A DNA stretch of 64,000 bases from a virus (Duplodnaviria; Caudoviricetes), in the IMG/VR virus record IMGVR_UViG_3300012979_000043, positions 5,615-69,614 of that record. One strand, given 5' to 3'. Positions 47,693 to 58,327 of this stretch are shown one piece after another. The translations under genes and the position numbers were made by a program. Each line of letters starts with the position of its first letter. Position 1 is the stretch's first letter. Under the pieces are notes generated by a model, which ran no database searches, had not been told where the DNA came from, and saw only the letters and a program-made list of their open reading frames with translations.

Positions 47693-49044
47693 TGCAATCT
47701 TTCCCCATTAGTCATACTTTGTAATTGATTTAATACATTTAATGCACCACTCATATTAGTTTGTTGAATATTTAGTGGATTATCTGCTTTAATTTCTTCC
47801 ATATCTGACATCAATAATGTATCAACATTATATTTTAATTTAATCTTTTTATCTAAACATCCAGCATTTCTTGTTTTAAGGAATTTAAGTTCATATTCCC
47901 CTTTTGTCTTCATTGCTAAGTTAGTTTTAACACTAAAAATCAAATCAGCAGTATCTACTTTACCACGACTTCCAGACAATTGGTTGATTTCATATTCCAT
48001 CTCGGTCATATTATCTTTTGTGATTTGTGATGCTGTTAATACTAATGAATTTTTACCAACACGTGTTCTTTCCCTAACCAATGCTCTCAAATCCTCTGCA
48101 ATTGCTTTGCCACTAAGGTGCATATTGTTTGGGTCAATTCTTCTATCATTTGGTCTCATAATATCAGCATAATCAACAATAATAATATTAATTTGTTTAT
48201 TTGTTGCAATTTCTACTTCTTGTAACATTGCTTCAATGTCTTGTGTAGAACATCCATTTGGCATATTAATAATTCTAAACATTCCTGGTTTAATTGACTT
48301 TCTTTTATAAACCAATGTATCAATTGTTTTTTCTTGCTTTGTGTTAATTTCACGATATGGAATATTTGATGCCATTGACATAATTCTTTTACCAACTAAC
48401 TCTTTATCCAATTCAAGAGTGATATATGCAACATTATATCCCATACAGGACATATTCAACCCCATGTTTGCTAATGCCAATGATTTACCACCACCTGATG
48501 CGGACACAACATAAATTAAATTACCCCATGAAAATCCACCATCTAACATATCATCAAATGTTTTCCAACCAGTTTTTACTGTTCCCATTTCTATTTCAAG
48601 ATGTTTTAACCATTCTTCTTGTTCTTCCCAAAATTCAATACCTAAATCTTTTTTAAGAGATATAAGTTGAGCATCTTTAATAATTTTATCAATGCCAGTA
48701 TTTTGACCTTTATTGACTAAATCTGCTGCTTCTAAAACTGCAATTTCTAATGCTCTTTGTTTGCAAAATGTTTCCACAGAATCCATAACAGATTGTTGGA
48801 CATTCGGATTTAATGAAATACCTTGAATAACCTTATATTCTATTCTTGATTCATTATTTAATTGTTCAAGCGTTGGTAATGCATTATATTTTGAACTAAA
48901 CTCCAACAAATATTTAATTGTTTGTTGGAACTTCTTATCAAAATAATTAGGATCTAAAATAGATTTAACCCTTGTAAACACTTGTGCATCTGAAATCATT
49001 AATTCAATTAATGTTTGTTGGTCTTTTTCGTCTAATGTTGCCAT
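47689..49044 (-). CDS. DnaB/gp41-like replicative helicase
   Basis: SASGGGKS, ITLEL, IVDYAD, TASQ, FLKTRN. Confidence 0.92.
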   Translation of the reverse strand: MATLDEKDQQTLIELMISDAQVFTRVKSILDPNYFDKKFQQTIKYLLEFSSKYNALPTLEQLNNESRIEYKVIQGISLNPNVQQSVMDSVETFCKQRALEIAVLEAADLVNKGQNTGIDKIIKDAQLISLKKDLGIEFWEEQEEWLKHLEIEMGTVKTGWKTFDDMLDGGFSWGNLIYVVSASGGGKSLALANMGLNMSCMGYNVAYITLELDKELVGKRIMSMASNIPYREINTKQEKTIDTLVYKRKSIKPGMFRIINMPNGCSTQDIEAMLQEVEIATNKQINIIIVDYADIMRPNDRRIDPNNMHLSGKAIAEDLRALVRERTRVGKNSLVLTASQITKDNMTEMEYEINQLSGSRGKVDTADLIFSVKTNLAMKTKGEYELKFLKTRNAGCLDKKIKLKYNVDTLLMSDMEEIKADNPLNIQQTNMSGALNVLNQLQSMTNGERLQ

Positions 49045-49071
49045 AAATTCCTCTCTTACTGTTTATAGAGT

Positions 49072-49476
49072 TTAATCTAAATAATCCACAATTTCAATAT
49101 TTACATATTTTAAATCATAATTTTTTATAATATTATTCTCAACACTACCTTTACCAATAATATTTAATCTCCAAGGATAATTATCTAACAAATATAATTC
49201 ATCATCTGTTAAAACATTTTCATCTATTTGAACATCACAAACAATTATTAATTCAGGTATATCTGGGGTTTCATCAACCACAACTTTTGCATTTAGAATT
49301 TGAAATTTTGGAACTATATTCTCTGGATTTGGAATATTACCATTATTATAAATAATACCACCAATAATTTCTGTTTCTATTTTTCTCATAATATCAACAG
49401 ATAATTCTTTTGGATATATTAACCCAGAAACAGTTGGAACATCTAATTCAACTAATATTTTTTCTTTAATTAACAT
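49072..49476 (-). CDS. hypothetical protein
   Basis: 134 aa ORF; GLIYPKE faintly recalls prohead-protease folds. Confidence 0.55.
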   Translation of the reverse strand: MLIKEKILVELDVPTVSGLIYPKELSVDIMRKIETEIIGGIIYNNGNIPNPENIVPKFQILNAKVVVDETPDIPELIIVCDVQIDENVLTDDELYLLDNYPWRLNIIGKGSVENNIIKNYDLKYVNIEIVDYLD

Positions 49477-49509
49477 ATTATATCCTCTTTACATCAATTG
49501 TTGATAATA

Positions 49510-50505
49510 TCATCTTAACCAACTACCCATTTTAATTTTAATTTTATTCTTATCAAATTCTTTATTTTTTATAATATCATAAATTGTATATAATCTTCCA
49601 TATTTTTTAACAGCCTCTTCAACATCTTTAATTCCTCTACTCCAAGTTGGGAATGAAACACTAAATGGTATATTATCATTTATTATTTGATGTATCAATT
49701 TCATACCAGGTTTATCTCTATCTGGGACAACAATTATTTCTGATTCTCCTTTATATTCCATTATTCTCTTTAATTTATCAGGTGTAATTATATTTGATAA
49801 TATTGATATTCCATCTATCGATAGAGCATCTGCTTGACCTTCAACCAAAATCTGATACTTTCTATCTTTGGTTAAATTATCAAAATTATAAACATAACCT
49901 GATGGTATATAATGGATATATTTGTGTTCAGAATTATCATCAATACTTCTTAATGAATATCCAACAATTTTATTAAATTCATAACAAGGAATCAAAAAAT
50001 TATTTCTACCCTCTGCCCACATTAAATCTGTCCATGATAATAATCTTTCATTTCTACTTGATATATATGAATAAACTTTCTTTAATGTTTGTGATGTTTC
50101 ACCATTATATAATGATTCTTTAATTGATTTATACTCACTAGGAATATTTCGTATTATTCTTTGTTTAATCTCCTTTTGTAAGTTGTTTAATTGACCATTT
50201 CCTGTATTATATTCATCAATCATTTTAAATAATATTGTAATTTGTTCATTTGTTGAACCACAATCTTTTAAAAATTGAATGCATTTTTTGGACAAAAATT
50301 TACCTAATGTAAATCCACAACTGAATCTACAATTAAAACAATTATATACAAAACCATCTTCCATAAATTTAACACCTCCACGTTTTTTGGTATCTGGTTT
50401 TTCTGTTCTGTAACAACAAACACCATTGAATGATACCTCACCATTGGATTTTTGTTTTTTATCAATTGGTAACAAATCATATATATATTCTAATATAGGA
50501 TGCAT
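49510..50505 (-). CDS. gp61-like DNA primase
   Basis: N-terminal CC...YNCFNC zinc finger; TOPRIM VEGQADA and VPDRDKPG. Confidence 0.85.
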   Translation of the reverse strand: MHPILEYIYDLLPIDKKQKSNGEVSFNGVCCYRTEKPDTKKRGGVKFMEDGFVYNCFNCRFSCGFTLGKFLSKKCIQFLKDCGSTNEQITILFKMIDEYNTGNGQLNNLQKEIKQRIIRNIPSEYKSIKESLYNGETSQTLKKVYSYISSRNERLLSWTDLMWAEGRNNFLIPCYEFNKIVGYSLRSIDDNSEHKYIHYIPSGYVYNFDNLTKDRKYQILVEGQADALSIDGISILSNIITPDKLKRIMEYKGESEIIVVPDRDKPGMKLIHQIINDNIPFSVSFPTWSRGIKDVEEAVKKYGRLYTIYDIIKNKEFDKNKIKIKMGSWLR

Positions 50506-50580
50506 TTTTTTGATTCCATAACATAAAATTTAAACCCAAACACATTATATGATGGGTTTAAATAAATGTCAATAACTAAA

Positions 50581-50820
50581 TTATCGTTGTAATATTCTTT
50601 GCTTTAATCTAATTTCGTCTAATTTTTTATTTATAGAAGTATGTTCTGATATATGTCTTGGACTGTGAACCATTTCTGTATATCTCATTGGATAAAAAAC
50701 CATTTCAACACCTCTACTCCATTTTTTATTTTCTTCTTCGCAAAATTTTTTATTATCAATAATTCTTTCTAATGTAATTTCATCTTCTTCTTTGGTTCTT
50801 TGTAATTCTTCATTAATCAT
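50581..50820 (-). CDS. hypothetical protein
   Basis: Start moved to MINEEL after GGAG SD. Confidence 0.55.
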   Translation of the reverse strand: MINEELQRTKEEDEITLERIIDNKKFCEEENKKWSRGVEMVFYPMRYTEMVHSPRHISEHTSINKKLDEIRLKQRILQR

Positions 50821-50866
50821 GATATTCTCCATAAAGTATATAACACAAACCACCAATATTTATTAT

Positions 50867-51415
50867 TTAAATATTAGTTATCCACATCTCCCAATTCTTC
50901 ATTTGTTCTGATAATTCTTCTTGTATATCCTTTAAATTATGCAATAATTCTCTATTTGTTGGTATATGTGGTTTAGATAGAAGAACAAATTTTCTACCAT
51001 CTAACTCTTTATGTCCCTTAGCAACATTGCAAGTTTTACAAGCAGTTACAATATTATCCCAATCTGTTTTTCCACCCTTACACCTTGGGTTGACATGATC
51101 AAAAGTTAAATCATGATGAGCAAACTTTTTACCACAATACTGACATGTAAATTTATCTCTTAAATAAACATTATACCTTGAAAACTTTGGTTCTTGTTGT
51201 GTTTTAACATATTTCTTTAAAATAGCAGTTTTTGGTAATTTTATTGTTACACCACTAATATCAATAGTTTCATCATATTCCTCTAAAACAGTTAATTTAT
51301 TTTTAACAACTGCTTTTAAAACTTTTTTCATTGAATTTGTTGATAAAGGATAATATGAGATTGGTCTATAATCTGCATTTAAAATCAACACCTGTTTCCC
51401 TAAAATATTACTCAT
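50867..51415 (-). CDS. HNH endonuclease (McrA-like)
   Basis: VLILNADY.P, RDKFTCQYCG, TFDHV.PR.KGG...W.NIVTAC..CN. Confidence 0.9.
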   Translation of the reverse strand: MSNILGKQVLILNADYRPISYYPLSTNSMKKVLKAVVKNKLTVLEEYDETIDISGVTIKLPKTAILKKYVKTQQEPKFSRYNVYLRDKFTCQYCGKKFAHHDLTFDHVNPRCKGGKTDWDNIVTACKTCNVAKGHKELDGRKFVLLSKPHIPTNRELLHNLKDIQEELSEQMKNWEMWITNI

Positions 51416-51660
51416 TAACTATCTCCTCTAAATGTATGACTCTCAACTGCATCCCAAAAATCATCATATATACCTAATAAAGTCATATAGTTAGATATTA
51501 ATTCTTCTTTTACTTCTGTAATTTTGTGTGCATTTTTATCAATAAGTGTGAAATAATTTTCATTGAATTTTTGATATTTAGAAAGAACTAACCATCTTGT
51601 TCCATCACAATCTTTCCAAACAGAATCTACATGAACTCTATCAAAATATTTTTTATTCAT
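51415..51660 (-). CDS. hypothetical protein
   Basis: 81 aa ORF. Confidence 0.6.
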   Translation of the reverse strand: MNKKYFDRVHVDSVWKDCDGTRWLVLSKYQKFNENYFTLIDKNAHKITEVKEELISNYMTLLGIYDDFWDAVESHTFRGDS

Positions 51661-51744
51661 TATATATTCCTTTCATAAAAAAATCTCACCAATTTCTTGA
51701 TGAGATTACTATAACATATTAGTTTAGAATTGTCAAGTAAAAAA

Positions 51745-53250
51745 TTAATCTTCGCCGGAATAATCCATACCAATAATTTTATTATCAGTTCCTAAAATTT
51801 CATCCATTTCTTCTTTTCTTCTTTTATTCCATACACGGTGCATATTATGTTCTTTTTTAACTCTTGGTTTAACTAAATCTTTTATGTTTTGTCTCATTTG
51901 TTCAGTATCACCTTCTTCATTGATGAATGATTCCTCATTATTTACTGTTCTTCTTAATCTAAATGGTGTTCCCGTCCATTTTTCACGTCTATCTTTTTCT
52001 AATAATACCCACCCTTTTCTTTCTGATATTACTTTTTCATCAATTTGACCAATTATTACACCATTTCTCCCAATTATTTTACCAGTGTTAGAAACTGAAC
52101 CAATATAAGAACCATTTACATATACTTTGTTTTTGTTGATGTTTCCAACAATTTCATCATTATAAATTATTGAACCATCATAATCATTATCTATTATATT
52201 TAAATTTGCATTTGATATTTTTATATCACCAAATTGAATGTTTATGATTGGTTGTGTTTCCTTTTTTACAATTCTTTTATATAATCTTGGAGGCATATAA
52301 TCTGTTCTTAAAAAACATTCACCCTCATTAGAATCTTTTGGAAAATATTCACCATATTTCACTTCTTCACATGTTCCTTCTGCTGGTATACCATCAATAC
52401 CAACTATATTTTCTCTATTTTTTATATGTGTTCCATCTGTAATATAATATTTGCCATTTATATCCAAAAATACATGATGTTCATCATATAATCTGTATGA
52501 TACACCAGATGTTGTCCAACCATTTTCTTCTGTTCCATCTTCCCCTTCTGCTTCTTTAAGTATATCATCAACTTGGTCTTGTAATTTATCATCTTGTGTG
52601 TTCTCTTTATCAAGACCACCACCACCATTTATATCACCAGGATCAACATAAAATCCATCTTCTCCACCAGTAGTATTATTATCATTAAATAAATCTGAAT
52701 ATTCTGGGGAGTTCATTATTGGTTTGCATTTAATTTTCCATAAATGATAGTGCCATTCTGGACCCCAACCATTTTCATCTCTCAATGATTCTGTTACAAC
52801 ATAAAATTTATTTTGTGCTTTATCAGAACCCAAAACATCTAAATCTCTTTGCCAAGTTAATTCTAATACATCACCAACTATAAGTTTTCTACCCAAAACT
52901 GCAACCATTGAATTATAATGTAAACTAAATTCTTTTGTATCTCCATCTAAAATTGATATACCTGCATAACTCCAACTAAAATTGGGTGGATTCATTGTTG
53001 TTGTTGCCCATAAATCATATGTTGTGTGTGAATATTTCCTTTTATTATTTTCATTTAATACAACATCACCAATAATTGATTCATTTGTTGATGTTATATC
53101 AACAATAGACCCATCATTTTTAACAACACCAATTAATGGATATACATTAATTAAACAACCACCCATTTCTATAAATGTTTTAGTAACATTATCTATATAA
53201 TTATAATTATTGTGTCTATATTTTTGAAATAAATGATATTTTGTTGTCAT
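51745..53250 (-). CDS. neck/head-completion protein (gp14-like)
   Basis: YNYID......MGG..INVY..IG, EN..RKY, LHYNSMV..LGRKLIVGDVLEL, WHYHLWKIKCKP...S.EY.DL. Confidence 0.75.
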   Translation of the reverse strand: MTTKYHLFQKYRHNNYNYIDNVTKTFIEMGGCLINVYPLIGVVKNDGSIVDITSTNESIIGDVVLNENNKRKYSHTTYDLWATTTMNPPNFSWSYAGISILDGDTKEFSLHYNSMVAVLGRKLIVGDVLELTWQRDLDVLGSDKAQNKFYVVTESLRDENGWGPEWHYHLWKIKCKPIMNSPEYSDLFNDNNTTGGEDGFYVDPGDINGGGGLDKENTQDDKLQDQVDDILKEAEGEDGTEENGWTTSGVSYRLYDEHHVFLDINGKYYITDGTHIKNRENIVGIDGIPAEGTCEEVKYGEYFPKDSNEGECFLRTDYMPPRLYKRIVKKETQPIINIQFGDIKISNANLNIIDNDYDGSIIYNDEIVGNINKNKVYVNGSYIGSVSNTGKIIGRNGVIIGQIDEKVISERKGWVLLEKDRREKWTGTPFRLRRTVNNEESFINEEGDTEQMRQNIKDLVKPRVKKEHNMHRVWNKRRKEEMDEILGTDNKIIGMDYSGED

Positions 53251-53321
53251 TAAATAGTCCTATTAAAATATTATATAAAAATATTTATTTTAAAAAACCC
53301 ACTAAATAGTGGGTTAAATTA

Positions 53322-53945
53322 TTATGATTTTGATATACTTAAAATATGTTGAAGTTCCTCATTTAATGAACACTCATCAAATTCTTCACCAGTTGTTTTA
53401 GGTTCAGAAATCATCTCTTGTGGAAAATTATTTATTTTTCCACCAAATTGTCTATGAATTTTAATAAGTTCTTCATATCCACTATTATATTCTTTTTCAA
53501 CTTCTTTTGATATATAATCATACAAATCTGATAATGTTAAATCATCCATACCATCATATGAATAATAATAACTTTCTGAATCATCATCATAATATTTATC
53601 GGCATTATTTTCTATAAATTCTTCTATATCTGTAAGTTTAGAAATATAAAATCTTACACCATCATAATAACCGACATTAACAGCAATACATGCATATGGT
53701 GTATATAGACTTGATGAGAAGAAACCATCTCCATCATAAACATAATCTGGAACATTATTTCTACTAAATTGTGGATAGTAATCCTCATCATAATATTCTT
53801 CATTTTCTTCATCATATTCGGGCAAGAAATCTAATGTTGGACCATCTATATATCTGAAATTTCTTGAACCTTCTTTTAGAATTTCTTTACCCTCTGTTAA
53901 TACAAGTATTTCTTTTATAGAATTTCTTATTTCATCAAAATTCAT
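53322..53945 (-). CDS. acidic head-type protein
   Basis: Start MNFDE (TAATG overlap); LTE/LKE motifs; EPKTTGEEFDE. Confidence 0.65.
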   Translation of the reverse strand: MNFDEIRNSIKEILVLTEGKEILKEGSRNFRYIDGPTLDFLPEYDEENEEYYDEDYYPQFSRNNVPDYVYDGDGFFSSSLYTPYACIAVNVGYYDGVRFYISKLTDIEEFIENNADKYYDDDSESYYYSYDGMDDLTLSDLYDYISKEVEKEYNSGYEELIKIHRQFGGKINNFPQEMISEPKTTGEEFDECSLNEELQHILSISKS

Positions 53946-55072
53946 TAAATTACTCCGGCAGCTCTTAAACATTCATTTATTTCATCATCAATGTTTTCTT
54001 CAATTGGTTGTAAATAACCATCTGTTGAATTTGTTCCATCTGGACTAATGTCTTCACCATATTCAGACTCATCATCAACAACTGCTTGTAAATAACCATC
54101 TGTTGAATTTGTTCCATCTGGACTAATTTGTGCCTGTGATGGATTTGCTGTCATCAATGACCCTGCAACTGCTGCACCGGCAACTGCATTTTTTGCAAAT
54201 TTACCCACTTTTTTCAAACCATCTTTGAAACCTTCTTCCAAATCTTCATCTTCTGGTCTCCACATAGATGATTTTGCATATGATACAATATCATCACCTT
54301 TATGTGGATTTCTTGTTATTGGGTCAGTATTTTCGTCTAATTCTTCTTCGCTATCATCTAAGTCTACTTCTGATGGTTCAACTTCTTCCAAGTCACCTTC
54401 TCTTGAATCTAAATATCTCCAATCATGGTTGCATAACCATCCCATATCTTTTTCACATCTCATTTCAGATTCAGAAAATTCTTCTCCACACCACGAACAT
54501 TCATGTGTTTTTTCAAAATCATCATCATAATCTTTTTGTTCATCTTCTGATACAGAATTATCTTCAACAGATTCTTTTACATCTTCTTTCTTTTCTTCTT
54601 TATTTTCTTCAGTTTTTTCTTCTTTATTTTCTTCTGTTTGTGAGGAATATTTTGCTTTAACTAATGTTTCTTTAGATGTTGCCTCAACATCAGTTACTTT
54701 TGGTTCATCTCCTGATAAAGCAGGTGAATCACTTTTTGGATTAGAAACTTTATCATCAAAAGAACCATCCAATGTTTTATCTGGTTCATATTTAAATTCA
54801 CCATATTTTCCACCAAGTGTCATACACTTTTTATCAACACCTGTTTCTTTTGTATTAAAGGATGATTTTTCTAATGTTTTCCAACCTGTTGGTTTAGAAA
54901 TTGTTGGTAATTCTACTGTTTTTTCTAATGCAGGCAATGTTGAACTTTCTTCTAGCATTTCAATATTATTGATTTTATCATTGTGTTGTGTTAAAAAATT
55001 CATAAACTGAGTATCTGATTTAAATTCAACCAAATAATCTTTATTTAAAGCATTAATTTTTACTTTCATCAT
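53945..55072 (-). CDS. acidic head-type protein
   Basis: Start MMKVK after GGAG; CSWC zinc-finger-like motif; LEEG.K..L..AG.A motif; ends LRAAGVI. Confidence 0.7.
   Translation of the reverse strand: MMKVKINALNKDYLVEFKSDTQFMNFLTQHNDKINNIEMLEESSTLPALEKTVELPTISKPTGWKTLEKSSFNTKETGVDKKCMTLGGKYGEFKYEPDKTLDGSFDDKVSNPKSDSPALSGDEPKVTDVEATSKETLVKAKYSSQTEENKEEKTEENKEEKKEDVKESVEDNSVSEDEQKDYDDDFEKTHECSWCGEEFSESEMRCEKDMGWLCNHDWRYLDSREGDLEEVEPSEVDLDDSEEELDENTDPITRNPHKGDDIVSYAKSSMWRPEDEDLEEGFKDGLKKVGKFAKNAVAGAAVAGSLMTANPSQAQISPDGTNSTDGYLQAVVDDESEYGEDISPDGTNSTDGYLQPIEENIDDEINECLRAAGVI
54008..54127. repeat. 42-bp exact direct repeat (ISPDGTNSTDGYLQ twice)
   Basis: 54008-54049 equals 54086-54127, period 78 nt. 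Confidence 0.9.
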
Positions 55073-55175
55073 TATATCTCCAAAAAATATTTCATATATA
55101 ACAATATTTATGATTATTTTTGACAAATATATATTTTTCATTTATAGTATCATTATATATTATATGGAGATAAAA

Positions 55176-55400
55176 ATGATAAATTTAATATCAACAATTA
55201 AAAAACTCAAAGAAACAAAGAGAGAGAATTATTTTTTTATGAGACGAAGAATTGAAAAGGGAAATGGAAAGAAAACACTTGGTTGGATTTTACAAAAAGA
55301 TAATTCAATTACTGTTTTTGAAAATAAAAACTTTGATGTATTAAAATCTATTAAAAATCAATTGGAGAATGAAAGTGCCAAAACCATATCAAATATTTAA
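55176..55400 (+). CDS. hypothetical protein
   Basis: Start moved to MINLIST after GGAG; TTGACA promoter upstream. Confidence 0.55.
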   Translation: MINLISTIKKLKETKRENYFFMRRRIEKGNGKKTLGWILQKDNSITVFENKNFDVLKSIKNQLENESAKTISNI

Positions 55401-55650
55401 ATCTGCTATTTTAGATGTTTCTGATTATGTTCATTATGGGGTTAAAGTTGATGACATAGAACAATTATTAGATAAGTTTATTAAACCAACAAAAAAAAGT
55501 ATATATAGATTGGTAGATGGTTTTATGTCATATGAAATAAGAACACTATATGAAGATGATAATGATGTTATTGACCTATTAGATAGTGTTGTTAAAGAAT
55601 TGGATATTTTATTAGTAAATAGTAGAGAATCAAAAGTTATATTTAATTAG
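55369..55650 (+). CDS. hypothetical protein
   Basis: 93 aa ORF. Confidence 0.55.
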   Translation: MKVPKPYQIFKSAILDVSDYVHYGVKVDDIEQLLDKFIKPTKKSIYRLVDGFMSYEIRTLYEDDNDVIDLLDSVVKELDILLVNSRESKVIFN

Positions 55651-55660
55651 GAGAATTATT

Positions 55661-55954
55661 ATGAGTATTTTTGATGAAAGAGTATTTAAACAAGATGAAA
55701 TGATGTCAATTAAGGTTGTAATTGAGGATGTAATCCAATCATTAAATTCTATAAATGATTTAAATGAACATATGAAAGAAAACATAAAAGGATTATGTGA
55801 CAAACTAAATGAACATGTTGAACATAATGGTCAAAAAATTAAACCATCTGTTATTATGAAAATGGCAAAAACAAAAATGAAAGAAGACATTGATGTTCAA
55901 AAAGATAAACTATCAGAGGTTGAGGTTGGTCTTGAATTAGTTTATGGTAAATAA
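55661..55954 (+). CDS. DsbA/GapR-like dsDNA-binding protein
   Basis: Helical 97 aa with IKPSVI.KMAK..MK pattern. Confidence 0.5.
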   Translation: MSIFDERVFKQDEMMSIKVVIEDVIQSLNSINDLNEHMKENIKGLCDKLNEHVEHNGQKIKPSVIMKMAKTKMKEDIDVQKDKLSEVEVGLELVYGK

Positions 55955-56037
55955 ATTTTAGATAAATATACCATATTTATGATACATTTAAGGGTTATTT
56001 AACCAATAACCCTTAAATTTTTTAATAAGGAATTTAA

Positions 56038-56505
56038 ATGCAAATAGTATTAACAAAAAAATGTTATGATAATATTTTGGATAAATTAAATGTATTAAAA
56101 AACATTGAACAACCAAAAATGAGTAAACATATTGATGAATGTAGAACAATTGGAAGTTTAGATGATAATCCAGAATACTATCAATCTTTAGAAGATATGG
56201 ATAGATTAAATAAAAAAATAGATGAATTAGTATCTGTCCTAAATTCTTGTAAAATTTTTACACCAGACATGATAATTGATGATACAGTTATGTTTGGAAC
56301 CACTGTTAAATTTATAAATTGTGAAACAAATGAAGAAAAACAATATACATTAGTAAGTATATATGATAGTGATGTATCAAGTGGGTTTATATCTATAAAC
56401 TCTCCTTTTGCTAAGGAAATGATTGGTTTACATACAGGAGATATATTTACATTTAATGATATTGATTATGAAATAACTAACATATGTTCTTTTTTCCAAG
56501 AGTAG
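56038..56505 (+). CDS. GreA/GreB-like transcription elongation factor
   Basis: GSLDDNPEY, VMFGTTV, ISINSPFAKEMIG...GD. Confidence 0.85.
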   Translation: MQIVLTKKCYDNILDKLNVLKNIEQPKMSKHIDECRTIGSLDDNPEYYQSLEDMDRLNKKIDELVSVLNSCKIFTPDMIIDDTVMFGTTVKFINCETNEEKQYTLVSIYDSDVSSGFISINSPFAKEMIGLHTGDIFTFNDIDYEITNICSFFQE

Positions 56506-56953
56506 TCAAAAACTCTCTTTTACTTCTATTATAATAATCAAGTGTTAATGTTAATTTAGCTTCTAAACGTGAAATATCTTTAAAGTATGTCATCTGTTGT
56601 TTCATAAAGTTTATTTTATCTTTAAACCTAGAAACATCTTCTTCTAATTTTATTATATTTCTTATTTTTGCATCATTGTGTAAATTATCAATTATATACT
56701 TTGCCATATCTTGATATTTTATTTTAGAATATAATTTTTTACCATCATGTATTCTATAAATTGAATAATAACGTCTTTTATCTTTGATTATTTTATGTTT
56801 TTTATATATAAAATTTACAGTTGTTGATATTCCCTCTGTTATCGCCTTAGATAACATATATTCAACAACATTTGCTGTTGTATCATCTGTTAAAATTTTC
56901 TCTTTTATATATTTGTAATTTTTCATACAAATATTTATATTTGTATTAATCAA
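56477..56953 (-). CDS. hypothetical protein
   Basis: 158 aa ORF; true start may be MKNYK. Confidence 0.55.
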   Translation of the reverse strand: MINTNINICMKNYKYIKEKILTDDTTANVVEYMLSKAITEGISTTVNFIYKKHKIIKDKRRYYSIYRIHDGKKLYSKIKYQDMAKYIIDNLHNDAKIRNIIKLEEDVSRFKDKINFMKQQMTYFKDISRLEAKLTLTLDYYNRSKREFLTTLGKKNIC

Positions 56954-56992
56954 AAAGTGGGAATTTTATTTCCCACTTTATATATTATCTAA

Positions 56993-58312
56993 TTAAAACA
57001 TTTTATAAGTTTCATTAAATTCTTCACCTGTTGTTTCAGGTTCTTCTGATCCAGACATATTATCAACTTCTTTTTTACAAATTTCATATATTTCATATAA
57101 AAAATCTTTAATTTTATTATCAGGAACATGTCGTAATAAATCATAAACAGATTCTTGATATACTGCATCCCATGTTGCATCTGAATTATATGAACGCTCA
57201 TACACATTAAAATCATCACTTTCACGTGCTGCATTAAAAATTTCATCACGTAAACGAGTGTATAAATCATCATAATCTCTTGGAGAATTATAAGAATTAG
57301 TATATTCACCTAACTTATCTAATATATCGTTTTTTGTATCCTCATCCCCATAATCATGTTCTGAACATAATTTCTTAAGAAATTCAATTATTTCTTTTGT
57401 ATCATCATCTATATTCAATTCTTCATTATTCATCTCATCAGACTTTATTTCATTGTTTACACTTATATTAGAATTATAAGATTCATCACCATCCCAAGCT
57501 GGTTCATTAACTTCATCTGATTCTTCGTTTGTTCCAACGTTCTCAATTAAACATTTATACATATCTTCAAAAACATCATTTGCAGAACTATCATAATAAT
57601 ATCTATCCCAAAGATAACCATAAGTATTATCATTAATATTATCCACGGTTGCATCATAATCTATTTCATCTTCATCATAAACATCAAAATCACCATCTTC
57701 TACAGCACAATCCCTAGCAAGACGATCGAATGATTCAATTTCATTTGAATACTCATCATTTACAATATTTGCATCAAAGAAATCATTATCAATAAATTTC
57801 CTCATAATATCATTGACATCATTATTATTATTTTCCAACTCTTTACTAAGAAAATTATAAATTTTTAATTCTATATCATCCTCATCTTGATAATTAGATT
57901 CTTTCAATCTTTTTTTACCATTATAATTTTTCCATGCTTTACCATATAGATATTTTTCATATCCATCACCATATCTATCTTTAAATTTCTTTTTATTTTT
58001 TCTTATCCAGGTTTCTGAATCTTTATCAGGTGGTGCAACCTCTGTTAAATCTGCAGATTTTAATTTTCCATTTCTACCAACAGTTGAATAATATAATTTA
58101 CCTGTTTCTTTTTCTTTCTTTCTTCTTAAAAGTCCCTTAACTACCATAGATGTTGCAACAGTTTGTAAAAATTCAGGCAAATCTTCTTTATATATTTTTT
58201 TACTTTCTTTTGTCTTTTTATAAACTTTCATTTCATCATTGGTTAAATTTCTTAATATACCATTGATTTTCACACATTCAAATGATTCAAATAATATATT
58301 TGATATTTTCAT
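56993..58312 (-). CDS. acidic head-type protein
   Basis: MKISNILFES leader; EVAPP...E.WI..NK.KFK.RYG.GYEKYLY.KAW; EPETTGEEFNE. Confidence 0.7.
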   Translation of the reverse strand: MKISNILFESFECVKINGILRNLTNDEMKVYKKTKESKKIYKEDLPEFLQTVATSMVVKGLLRRKKEKETGKLYYSTVGRNGKLKSADLTEVAPPDKDSETWIRKNKKKFKDRYGDGYEKYLYGKAWKNYNGKKRLKESNYQDEDDIELKIYNFLSKELENNNNDVNDIMRKFIDNDFFDANIVNDEYSNEIESFDRLARDCAVEDGDFDVYDEDEIDYDATVDNINDNTYGYLWDRYYYDSSANDVFEDMYKCLIENVGTNEESDEVNEPAWDGDESYNSNISVNNEIKSDEMNNEELNIDDDTKEIIEFLKKLCSEHDYGDEDTKNDILDKLGEYTNSYNSPRDYDDLYTRLRDEIFNAARESDDFNVYERSYNSDATWDAVYQESVYDLLRHVPDNKIKDFLYEIYEICKKEVDNMSGSEEPETTGEEFNETYKMF

Positions 58313-58327
58313 AATATCCCCTTTTAA